From Macrostomum lignano (taxonomy: Eukaryota), in the NCBI GenBank assembly GCA_002269645.1, contig NIVC01002971.1, positions 62,001-126,000 of the forward strand: a stretch of DNA of 64,000 nucleotides. The letters run 5' to 3'. Under the pieces are notes generated by a model that did not search any database, was not told where the DNA came from, and was given only the letters and a program-made list of their open reading frames with translations. Positions 25,935-40,084 of the stretch are shown in pieces. The first letter of the stretch is position 1. Every line of letters begins with the position of its first letter. The translations under genes were made by a program, and so were the position numbers.

Positions 25935-28900
25935 CAACACACATACACACAGACAAACATCGCGTCAGTTTTAGTGTTAGGAGATATATATATATATATA
26001 TATATACAATATTATGATAATTAAAAAGTGCACACAAACCATTTTAGTATAATGGATTCAGTTAAATACTATTTAAATCTAAAACTTATATAGCATTTAT
26101 TATAAAAGCAGCTTAATTTAACATGTTTAAAAGTTTTACATAAATTATAGGTAAACAACTCAATTGGTTTTTGGAAAAATCTTATTTTACATACTTGTTT
26201 ATATAGGGGAAAAAGTATTTAATTTAAGAATAATAATAGTCCTATTAGTATTTTCAATATAAGAGAAACTATCATAAAAAAAGAGATCATTATTATAATT
26301 ATGACTTGGTATAATTACAATACACATGTAAATATTTGTTAATCAAACTTGCAGTGCCAAATTTGATTTCTATATATGTTTTAAATTGTCATTATATATA
26401 ATACTATATATTTAATATATATACGTTGTTATATAATATATATGTATAATTATAATGTATCTAGATGGCATATAAATAGAACATATTTTCTCAAAAAATA
26501 TTGACTTTACAAGAAAATATAATAGAATATTGAGTTTATTTAGGATAAAAAAACTTATATATACAGTTGTTTTGTTGTTTCATTAGAGGCCTTTAAAATT
26601 AAAGCCTTTTTGTCATAAATTCATTTTGTTATTAAGTTAAATAGTAGGAAAGCATAGAGTCTATATGATTTTTAAGTTTTAATTGAGTGAGATGAATATT
26701 CTAGGACAATAATTTGATTTCTTCCTGAATTAAGTCAAAATGTATCAGTAAAGAAACTTTTTTTCTCAAGTTAAGTGTTCTAAAGAAAAACCATACTATA
26801 TATATTATATATTAAAAAAGGATTAATGAGCTGTGTTATCATCTACCTTAGGCCTACTTTGAACTTTTGAGTTTAAAGCTGAGTATAGTCAAAATTGTTT
26901 AATGATGATTTGATGACCAAATGTGCAAAACTTAAACATTTAATGTGATGACTTCAACCAAAACTAAAAGCAAGGGCATCAATATTATAAGATCAATTTA
27001 TAGCATACAAAACAAATCTGAATTAATTTTAGCGCCCTAGCCTAGCCTGGCAATAAAATATTTGAATTAGAATACAAGCTTTTTGTTTTAATTTCTCAGA
27101 TTGTTGCAGCTATAGGCCTAACTCTCCAAGTTGCAGCTATAACTAGATACATTATTTATTATTATAATACATTGTTTTTTTAATAAAATAATCGCTCCTT
27201 TATAATCGCTCCTATAATATAGCTGAAGAATGACGTTATATAGCTCATATATAAAAACAAATTATGTAGGTGCAATTAACAGGGTAGTAGTTACCCATAC
27301 TACGGCATATCTATAGTTAGTCAAGATGCAATACTTGAATCTAAGAAAGCCAATTACTTTTAATTTTCATTATTTTTTACTACCACGATATAACAATTAC
27401 TTTAACTGTATTAAATAAAAAGCTTTAATTTAATGCTATTAGCTATGTATTACGTTTTTAAAACAGTATAACTTTATATTACCAGTCTAAACTATCTCAA
27501 ATTTACATTACTCTAGCTTGTGACTGCGGGCCCTTTTGATCGCTGGCCTGACACTTGGTGGCGCGTCCTCAGTGGGCGAAGCCAAAGTAGTAGAGAAGGA
27601 CAGAATACACCCACACAGAAGCACCATTCGATCACTCGAAGCAGCTCAAAGCAATTTGGAAGGTCTTCTTTTTTGACTGGCCTAGGCTACAGTAATTACA
27701 TGTAAGGCCGCAGACGCACGTGTGTACATGTACACACGTGCACCAAAATTTTTTTTGGAACATGCGGCTTACTCGTTAGTTTCAGAGTCAAGCAGCGGTG
27801 TAGAAGTTTTCGCTTTCTAGGATTTTGATGCTCCAGCTCTATAGCTATCTGAATCGACGTACGGACCATGCAGCTCCGATCCATGAGCTTACCCCGAACT
27901 GCAATATGGTACTGTAACATTAATTAATTGGTAGTAGTAAGAAGTAAAGGAAGGTGCGTGCATGTCCATGTACCGTGGACATGTACCGTCTGCTTCACGT
28001 AAAGCAGTATAAGAGAAACTTCTGTTGGTTCAACCCTAAACAACAATTTGAGTCAACTTCTATAATTCCTCACCGATTCCACACTAGCGGCCCCAAATTA
28101 TACTGATGAGGACGCACTTTTTTCCAAATCCCGCGCTAGCACATGGGCTCTAAACTTATTTGCCTACTAACAGTGGGCAATGGGCATTTTTATCCTTTTT
28201 CTGCGAATTTTCATAGAATCTATACTAGATATAATGTCTGGCCATACTACTAGTAGTCATAATAACATAGGCTCAGCTTTTTGGGTCATAAATCATCGCT
28301 TGCGAAGCTGGTCTGACAGCCACCTGCGCCTCACTCAGTGTTGAGGCGGGCGCCAGATGGTCTGAGAGGATGCGGGCGGTAGCTTTTTTTCAGAGCCTAT
28401 TGTTCGTGTTCACTCAAGCGTGTGACAGCTTTGACAGCTATGCGTTTTACCCCTAAAAGTACCTTGGGATTAGCGATTAGCGATTTCTCTTCATTATCTT
28501 CACTTTCTATTTAATAAGAGCTTTCTAATGTATATTTTTTCATTAATTTCTGTCAATCCTACGCGAAAGGTCATAAATCATTTTGTTGCGATTTTGAGTG
28601 ATTTATGGCCGCACCTGTCATCTTTTTACGACCCTGTGGGAACTGATAGGATCTCTCGGTCACGTGATTCTGGGTAGCAACAAGCTTAGCCAATCAGAAA
28701 ATTCGGCGCTCATTTTAACAAAACGGCTCAGCCAATCAGAATCGACGTGTTCCATTATAACAAACTGCGGTCCAGTTGGCGGCTATTTAAACCGGAGTTT
28801 TTGGCCCGCTCGGACTCAACTTTGGCTCGGGCCCAGCGCGCAACTTCTGGTTCCCAGAGCACGACCGTCGTTTCTTAATCCCCGGATTGCGACTTCCCCC

Positions 28901-31055
28901 ATCATCATCAAGGACGAGTCCCCCGGTCGACAGCAGCGAACATCAAGCAAAGATCATCACCTGCTAGCTAACAGCGAAGATTGTGACGGCATCATTCCGA
29001 ATCTACAGCTGCAGAGCATCGAGCCGATTCGGTCGCTGTGGATTACCTGGTCTCCGGCTGTTGAGTTTCTGATTGGTTGGGTGAGAGGCTACCTAGACTT
29101 GCTTGATTGGGTGATCCCTTGTCTGTCCCCTGTTGCAGTAGCTGAATTAGGCGCACACTTTTGCTCATTTTGTTCAGTGGTGCTGTTACTGAGGCAGAAA
29201 TCATTCAATAATACTGCCAGTAGTCTGAAACTCCAATTCGATCCGAAGTGTGAAGTGATCTAAGGAGAAGGTTAAATCTGACAGTTATTTTTATCGGTTT
29301 TAGTTCTTTGTTCGCCGATGGCTCAGATGAGTAGCTAAGCTAGTAGGCGCCGGTCACAGTGGACCAATGGCAAGGCGGTTCTCAGTCGATCAATCAATCA
29401 AATCAGTGAGCAAAACTGCCAGAAGTGCAGAATCGGCGCCAGAGATGTACTTTGTGCACTCTAGGTTAGCCAAGCGGCTCGGGTAATGAATCATGCGGTC
29501 TCTGAAGTTCGAGTTAGTCTATCATCAGCGCTATGAGAGGCTAGTTGGCGCGTTGAAGGCCAAAAGTACATATCTTCGTATTTAGCAATGTAATAGTACA
29601 TGTAGCTACCCCATAGACTCGCCACTGCAAGAATCCCCTGCACAAGTCCCCTCTGTACCTGCATGGCCAATGCGATCTAGTCCCAGCAGTGTCCCTTATC
29701 ATCGGCTATGACTTCGAGATTGACAGCAAAAAGACACTAGTTGGCAGGTAAGTGCAAAGCCCCTTCTAGTCGGAAGCCCGATTTCGAGAGTCCCGGTGTG
29801 GTGAGCCAGGGCGTACGGGCTGGTGGCAGCAAGTTAGTTGATCTGCGGATTAGCTAATTTCTACTTTCAAAATTCTCCCTGCTCATCTCTCGCTGTCCCT
29901 CTCTTAGCTATAGGACCTAGACTGCTCGCCACACGATCAAGCTACCATGGGGCTGACCATCTGACAGGAGTGGGGGGCCAGGTCTCTAATTGATTTATTT
30001 CTGAGCCTGAGGCTCGAAGGCTTCCCTAACAAGGAGCCCGAAGGTCGAAACCCATCAATACATTTACATGTACATGTAGCACATAATTTATCAAATTGCG
30101 CAGTCATTGTGGGAGTCATTCAATATCAGTGTAGGTTTTGCAAGTGACTTTTTCCAGCTTTGGAACAAATGAAATTCTCACCCAAATCCCGCAGCTGCCT
30201 TTGATATGATCCCGACTCCACAATCGTACATGTACATGTAAAAAACCCATGCACTGTGCCCTTCTCACCTGTAGCTAGCCTTTTTATTAGAGCCAGGGGG
30301 CTGTGTGCACCCTGCCACACTAATTTAAGCGAGATTCAAATGGTAATTCATCAAAACATTATAGTTAAGACACGTCAGTCCCGGCAGTTGCGGGGGACAC
30401 ATGAAGTTGCCCAAAAGTTCACCAAAGCAGTCACACATTGACGCATACATACGACAGCATGTGCAGTCGGCATTACATGTACACCAGAGCACAACACGGT
30501 AAAGCAACCTCCCAAGAAATTCTATCATAGAAATAGTACAAAATTACCAAAATTAGCAATTGACGGGAAATTTATCAAAGCACAGCAATAATTCGAAAAT
30601 TGTTTTACCTTTGTCTACAGCAAGACCATAGCTAAATTGCAACAGTACTCAAAGTAGTATGTGGTCTACATGTATATACATTTGGAGAAAAACAACACGG
30701 CTTCACACTAAATAATTGCATGCATTTTCGAATTGCTTCCCCAAACACGATTAATGACGAATCTATGCATGAAAAATTGCAGAGCACCGCAAGCACGCGC
30801 ATCCGTGATGACAGAGAGCACTTTCCTGGAGCTCCTTTCGGCAGAAAAAACAGTGCAAAACATTCTGTGGCCTTGGCCTTCAATTACAAGGAATTTGTTC
30901 GCATGAAGTGAAAACAGAAAAAAGTAGTGCCTGAAAATTTAAAAGGAGGACTAGCTTCATGACCTTAATGAGAATTGCTCTATTAAGCTGCATCTGACAA
31001 CGGATCAATGGCGTCAAGACAGACAGACCGACACTAAGACACATAGACAGGTAGT

Positions 31056-33660
<2,605 letters not shown>

Positions 33661-34399
33661 GGACGAACAGACAACAGACAGAGACTGACCTACATAGTCA
33701 GACACTAGCACAACAATTCCTAAAGTCTGCTTGTGCCCGACCATAAGTACATGCGTCGACATTGCGCATATCTATCTGATCTATGCATTTCACACCTGCG
33801 CGCAGAGAAGAGCTTCCTAATTGCTAATTTCATAGCCAGCCGCGGGCCACCTTCAAGACCAGCTGTTTGACAGAGCAGGCGCAGACTGTCGCACTGTTTT
33901 CCTGGGACTCGGGAATCAAAGCAATGCCATCACAAAGGCCAGCCGGTTTGCAGTTTTAAGCATTTATATCATCACAGACATCAAATTACTGCGCCTCCTG
34001 GGCTGGGTGATTCTCATTTCTGCTTTGAGCAAATTACCTAATTAACAGCGCTGATTTCCGATACCTGCTGCTTTCTACTTGAGTTCCGGCTTCAAGAATG
34101 TCCTAGCATTGAAGTAAAGTATCACTCGCGAAAGTGGGAATCGAGTAAGGGGTTGCTAATCGGGGGTTGCTAGTTCCTGGTTCCCGAGATCGAGGGAGGC
34201 TGCCAGAGCTTCTGCTGGCTGGGGTCCTGGCTGTGCTTGGCCTGGCGGGTCAGCCTCCTGCAGCAACAACCGCAGCGGGAGGGCAGCAGTGCAGGATGAG
34301 CATCTTTTTTGAGTGCTCAGTGGAAACACTAAGAGAAGCGATGCTTTGCTAAGAGCGGCTAAACTAGCGTCCGCTGTGGGGTGAGTTGAGGGTCATGGT

Positions 34400-34680
34400 A
34401 GCATCATCATCATCATCATCAACGACAACCTCATCTTCAACAACAAAAACATCATCAACAACAACAAAAGCAACAACAACAACATCCTCATCCACAACTA
34501 AAAAAACAACAACATCCTCATCTACAACTAAAACAACAACAACAACAACAACAACAATATCATCATTAACAACAACAACAACAAGATCATCATCATCAAC
34601 AACAACAACAACAACAACAACATCATCATTAACAACAACAACAACAACAACATCATCATCATTAACAACAACAACAACAG
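34400..34680. repeat. (CAA)n/(CAT)n mixed trinucleotide repeat; continues at 39380-39785 after the LTR element
   Basis: Directly visible on both sides of the insertion. Confidence 0.95.
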
Positions 34681-34947
34681 TGTTGTGGACAAGTTCTGCT
34701 ATTTGTACGCTTTGTACAAGTGCGAATTCACATGTGCTTATGCTACGCTTGTATGCAGCTGGGAAGCTGTCTATGGTGCTGACGGCGCCTTGGGTACAGG
34801 CCCTCGGATGTGATCTGAGGCAAACAGCCCATAGGAAATAAAAGGAATAAGAAATAGCCAGAACTAAGGCTGCAAGCAGACCAAAATCGGCTGCATTTTA
34901 TTTTCTATCAAACCTCCGCCTTTTATTTGTTGGTTAAAGACACAACA
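34681..34947 (+). repeat. 5' LTR
   Basis: TG...CA ends with 7-bp inverted termini; followed by the PBS. Confidence 0.97.
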
Positions 34948-34967
34948 ATTGGCGTCGCAAGCAGGAT

Positions 34968-37900
34968 ATGTCCAAGAACACAGGGAAACTCCCATTGGAC
35001 GATAAGTCACCCGCTAAGTTACCTGTGAAATCGCCTACCAAGTCACCTGCAAAGTCGCCCGCTAAGTCACCTGCAAAGTCGACCACCAAATCACCTAGAG
35101 CTACGTCAAAGATGCCATTGCTGGGATTCGGTTCGACATTTCAAAGTCGTGGATATCAGCCATTCGAAGGCTTGTCCAACTGCCGCTCAATGACCAACAT
35201 GGCTGAAATCGAGAAGCTTGAGGACGGCAAGATGTTCGAGCGTTGGCTAGACCGCTTCACCGTTGCTGCTCGCTTCTACCGTTGGTCAGATGAGGACATG
35301 GCTCAGGTTCTGCTAATGCGCTTGGCGCCATCACTATATGATGTATTAGCAGACCGCCTGTCGCCGGACGTCCCAAGCTCAAGGTCGTTCGAAGAACTGA
35401 AGACTGCGCTTCAGGAGATTCTTCTTCCGCAGACCTATGCGTTGGCTGAACGTTACACATTTCAGAATCTGAGGCGCGAGACGTCCGAGTCCGTCAGAGC
35501 GTTCGCGGAGCGGCTGCTTAAAGCATCGGACAAGTGTATGTTTGCTGATCGCGAAGAGCGTCTCCGAGACCAATTTATTTGTGGGTTAAACGACAAGGCG
35601 ACAATAGCTAAACTACTGGTAAGGGACCACAAGGCGCTGACTTTTAAAGTAGCTGTGGCGGAAGCGGAGGCAATGTCGGCATTGAAGGACACGCAAATCA
35701 TGCAGTCCGCAACAGGTCCGCGCACTGAAAGCGTCATGAAGGTGGGACGGAAGTTTCACACCAAGGCTCCGTCGAGACCGGCACGGCCGGCAGACAGGAA
35801 GCTTGGCATTCAGGCCAATTCCACAGCGAATATCAGATGCTCAAGATGTGGCGGAATGCACAAAAATAAGACCGAGTGTCCAGCAAAGGGAAAGACCTGT
35901 CGGAAATGTGGAAAGTCAAACCACTTCGAGAGGCAATGTAAGTCGAAAGGCGAAGGACAACACTTCGTGTCACAGACAAAAGATGCTCAATCGGATGACG
36001 TTCTGGCAGTTGTACACTCTACTTCGACCAGAAATGGATCTTTTCCGACTATCCCGTTGGAGTGCTTGGTCAACGGCCGAGATCAGATGATTGAATGCCA
36101 GCTTGACACTGGAGCCACAGTGTCGGTGATGTCCAGCAGGTTGTGGAAGCAGCTGGGAGAACCTCTACTGCAGCCCAGTACAGCAGTCTTGATCGGGTAT
36201 ACGGACAGCCACCGGTTTGACCTGTTGGGCCAGCTCAAGATCCAAGCTGTGTGGAACAACCAAAAGTTTGTTGTCTTATTTCATGTCGTGTCTTCAAACA
36301 GAATGTTTGCTCTGCTTGGAAGAGACGTGGTGCACGTGGATCTCGAAGCAATCTCCATTGGACACAACCAGGTGCGCCAAGTTGACCAAAAGTCACTAGT
36401 GGAAACAACGAGCAGATTTAAGGCACATCTAGAGCTAAAAATAGATGCCAGGCCAAAGTACATTAAAGCCCGTCCCGTGCCATTTGCGCTAAAAGAGAAG
36501 CTCAAGGCAGAGATCGATGAATTGCTAAAAGAAGGGATCATCGAGCCGGTCCAGTTCTCTAGTTGGGCATCGCCGATCGTACTCATCCAAAAGCCAGACA
36601 AAACTCTTCGGTTATGCGTAGACTATAAACAGACAGTTAATCCACAACTCGTCGATGACAGTTACCCGTCTCCAACGCCGGAGGAAGCATTCTCGGCTGT
36701 TTCAGGGTGCAAGCTGTATACGATTTTAGATCTTAAGAAGGCTTATAATCAAATAGAACTTGACGAACCGTCGAAAGAGTTAACGGTCATGGCTACTCCT
36801 TTGGGGAATTTTCGCTATAATCGGCTTGTCTTTGGCATCAAGACGGCACGAGCATTTTCCAACGCTTCATCAGCGACGTAATCCAGGGCATCACGGGCTC
36901 TGTCGCTTATGTTGACGACATACTCATCGGCGGCCGAACCAGAGACGAGCTCAGACAGCGAGAGGCAGCCGTTAGGGATAGGCTAACACGCCATCACCTC
37001 AAGATTAATGAAGCGAAGTGCCAGGTGGCAAAGAGCCGAGTCAGATTTCTTGGTTTCATTCTGGAGTCCGGGACGATCAAGCCGGACGCAGAGAAAGTAA
37101 GGGCAATTCAGGAGATGACGGCTCCCAAGAACATTGCCGAATTGGAGTCCTTTCTGGGGCTAGTGAACTTCTGTGGACGATTCATCAGGAATCTGGCCGA
37201 CCTGGTTGAACCGCTGTCGACTCTGAGGCGCAAGAATTGCGAGTTTGTGTGGACCAGCGTCCAAGAAGCAGCTTTTCAGAAGATCAAGGCGTCTCTAACT
37301 CAAAAGACGATGCTGATGTCCTACGATCCCGGCAAACCGCTCGAACTAGAGTGTGACGCTTCACAAGTTGCGATTGGGGGTGTCCTCAGCCAGGATGGAG
37401 TGCCAATCATCTTCATCAGCAAGATTTTGTCAGCGGCCGAAAGAAAGTACTCTCAAATTGAAAGAGAGGCATTGGCAATAGTTTGGTCAGTGCGGCGCTG
37501 CCACCGGTTCCTGTTTGGACGAGAGTTCACATTAGTCACAGATCATCGACCGCTTACCTATATATTTGGCCAAAACAGTAAACTACCTGAAAGGGTATCT
37601 GCGAGATTACAGAGATGGGCCATCACTCTCTCAGGGTACAGTTACGTCATCACGTACAGGAAGTCGGCCGAAATGAAATCTGATTCGCTGTCGAGATTAG
37701 TTGCTCCAACTGCAGCAGTGTCTACTCATCATGTCGGACGGGTCCCACTGAGTGAACGCGGTCTCTTGAGCCTGCAGGAGGTTATCGTTCACACTCAGGA
37801 GTGTCCTGAACTGAGGAAGCTCACACATGCCATTGGAACTGGGCAATTCAATGACTCCGACATCCGATCCTACAAGCCAATTGCGGATGAGTTGACAGTG

Positions 37901-39049
37901 CAGGACGGCGCGATCATTCGTGGAACCAAGTTGGTGGTTCCCATCACATTAAGGGAGAAGGCACTGGCCGCTGCCCATGGAGTGCACCTCGGGATTGCGC
38001 GCACGAAATCTCTGCTACGAGAATACTACTGGTGGCCTCGGATGGACAAGATGGTGGAGTCACGTGTGGGAACATGCCAAGTCTGCAGGAAATCAAAGCC
38101 ACGGAACAGAAACTTCTGCACGTCGTGGCCCAAGCCAGAGGGCCCATGGACCAGAGTCCACGTGGACTTTGCCGGTCCAATTGACGGGCACTACCTACTG
38201 GTGTTAGTGGACGCCTACTCCGGTTATCCAGAAGTGCACCTCACGAAAGACATGACATCAACTACCGTTGTCAACTGCTTCCGACGGACGTTTGCACAAC
38301 AAGGTGTCCCAAATCAGCTCGTGTCAGACAACGGCCCCAGCTTCGTGAGCGAGGAGACGCGCCAGTGGTTAACAAGGGTCGGCTGCAACCCGATCACTAC
38401 GCCCGCCTACCATCCCCAAAGCAACGGGCTAGCAGAGAGGTTCGTACGCACGATCAAGGAAGCGATCCGAGCGAACGGCCTGACACAAGCCGCCATTGAT
38501 CGATACTTGCTATTTTACCGAGCATCCGTTGGCGTAGGTGGAGCATCTCCAGCTGAACTACTGGTAGCCAGGAAGCTGCGAGCGCCGCTGCTGACAACAC
38601 AGGTTACCTGGAAACCCGGGGAGAACCTGGTCTACCGGGCGGGTCAGCGAGTACAAGAGGCTACGCTTGTCTGTCCGAAGGGGTCCAACGCAGCAATAAT
38701 AAAGGTTGGGCCAGAGAAATTTAAAAAAGCTCATTTGGATCAGCTGCAAAGGTTCTGCCCACGCAAAACATCGGAGGATCAGACAGAGAGGCTGGACAGT
38801 TCGGAAGGAAGCCACCCGGAAACTGCAGAGTGCACAATGAGAGGACTTGGACCAAGGCAAGACGAGCAAGCGCGGCCCTGCGAACCCGGAGGCGTGTCTG
38901 ATACTGAAGTTGAGCCAGAGACTACGACGCCTGAGGCTATAGCACCCAGTGTCACTAAGAATGTGGCTCGCCCACAGACAGCAGAGCAACCGGAAGTGCG
39001 GCGAAGCTCGCGGTTGCAAGCCAAACCAAGAATTGACTACAAGGAATGA
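34968..39049 (+). CDS. Gag-Pol polyprotein (Gag, zinc knuckles, PR, RT, RH, IN), broken by a single 1-bp deletion at ~36849
   Basis: ORF 34968-36881: LRDQFICG, CRKCGKSNHFERQC, LDTGA, ATPLGNFRYNRLVFG. The frame from 36851 reads SIFQRFISDVIQGITGSVAYVDDILIG into ORF 37025-39049 with no stop (ECDAS, YSQIEREALA, TDHRPL, HVDFAGP, SDNG, SNGLAERFV, RRSSRLQAKPRIDY). Confidence 0.93.
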
Positions 39050-39112
39050 ACTGCTAAGAGCCATGGAGTGCTTAAAGGGATTAGACAGTTCTTTTTTGTA
39101 AAAGGAGGGAGG

Positions 39113-39379
39113 TGTTGTGGACAAGTTCTGCTATTTGTACGCTTTGTACAAGTGCGAATTCACATGTGCTTATGCTACGCTTGTATGCAGCTGGGAAGCT
39201 GTCTATGGTGCTGACGGCGCCTTGGGTACAGGCCCTCGGATGTGATCTGAGGCAAACAGCCCATAGGAAATAAAAGGAATAAGAAATAGCCAGAACTAAG
39301 GCTACAAGCAGACCAAAATCGGCTGCATTTTATTTTCTATCAAACCTCCGCCTTTTATTTGTTGGTTAAAGACACAACA
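39113..39379 (+). repeat. 3' LTR
   Basis: Preceded by the PPT; 266/267 identical to the 5' LTR. Confidence 0.97.
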
Positions 39380-40084
39380 AACAGCATCATCATTGACAAC
39401 AACAGCAACAACATCATCATCAACAACAACAACATCATCATCATCAACAACAACAACAACAGCATCATCAACAACAACAACATCATAATCATCAACAACA
39501 ACAACATCAACATCATTATCAACAACAACAACATCATCATCATCAACAACAACAACAACAGCATCATCAACAACAACAACATCATAATCATCAACAACAA
39601 CAACATCAACATCATTATCAACAACAACAACATCATAATCATCAACAACAACAACATCAACATCATTATCAACAACAACAACATCATAATCATCAACAAC
39701 AACAACATCAACATCATCATCAACAACAGCAATCACATTTTCAACAAAAACAACAACAACAACAACAACAACAGAAACATCAGCAGCCGTGAATTTAGTA
39801 ATGCTGACAGTTTTTGGCACTAACTAGTTAAATAAAATTTACTGTTAATCTTCTTCATTGAAAACTTTTACAACTCATTTTCAGCGATTTCAGTGCTGTA
39901 CGGTAAGTTGCTGACTAAGTCAGATTTACAATTTACGATTTAGAATTTCCAAAAAGCTGTTTTTAAGGAATTAACCGACTCTTACATTTAGGGTTTCAAT
40001 TCTTTTTTGGTGTCGCAACAGTTGTAAACACCACACGCAAAGAGGCAAGAGCCACAAGGTGATCCCCTTAACTGCATGGGGATA

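Larger units (their letters stand above)
34681..39379 (+). mobile_element. Full-length, very young Ty3/gypsy (Mag-like) LTR retrotransposon, 4699 bp
   Basis: LTRs 34681-34947 and 39113-39379 (267 bp, TGTTGTG...CACAACA, single mismatch G34872/A39304); TSD AACAG (34676-34680, 39380-39384); PBS TGGCGTCGCAAGCAGGAT from 34950 (tRNA-Ser-like, inferred); PPT AAAAGGAGGGAGG 39100-39112. Confidence 0.98.

Noticed and set aside
28598-29263. 221-aa ORF present only in duplicate unit 2
   Set aside because: Created by a C4/C5 homopolymer difference from unit 1; no recognisable protein.
34386-34841. Thr/Ser-rich mucin-like ORF, and Asn/Ile-, Val/Asp- and Leu/Met-rich ORFs at 39302-39823
   Set aside because: Translations of the (CAA/CAT)n repeat running into the LTR.
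36840-36885. Programmed ribosomal frameshift between the two gypsy ORFs
   Set aside because: The break is in the middle of RT, just before YVDD, with no X XXY YYZ slippery site; better explained as a 1-bp deletion or consensus error.
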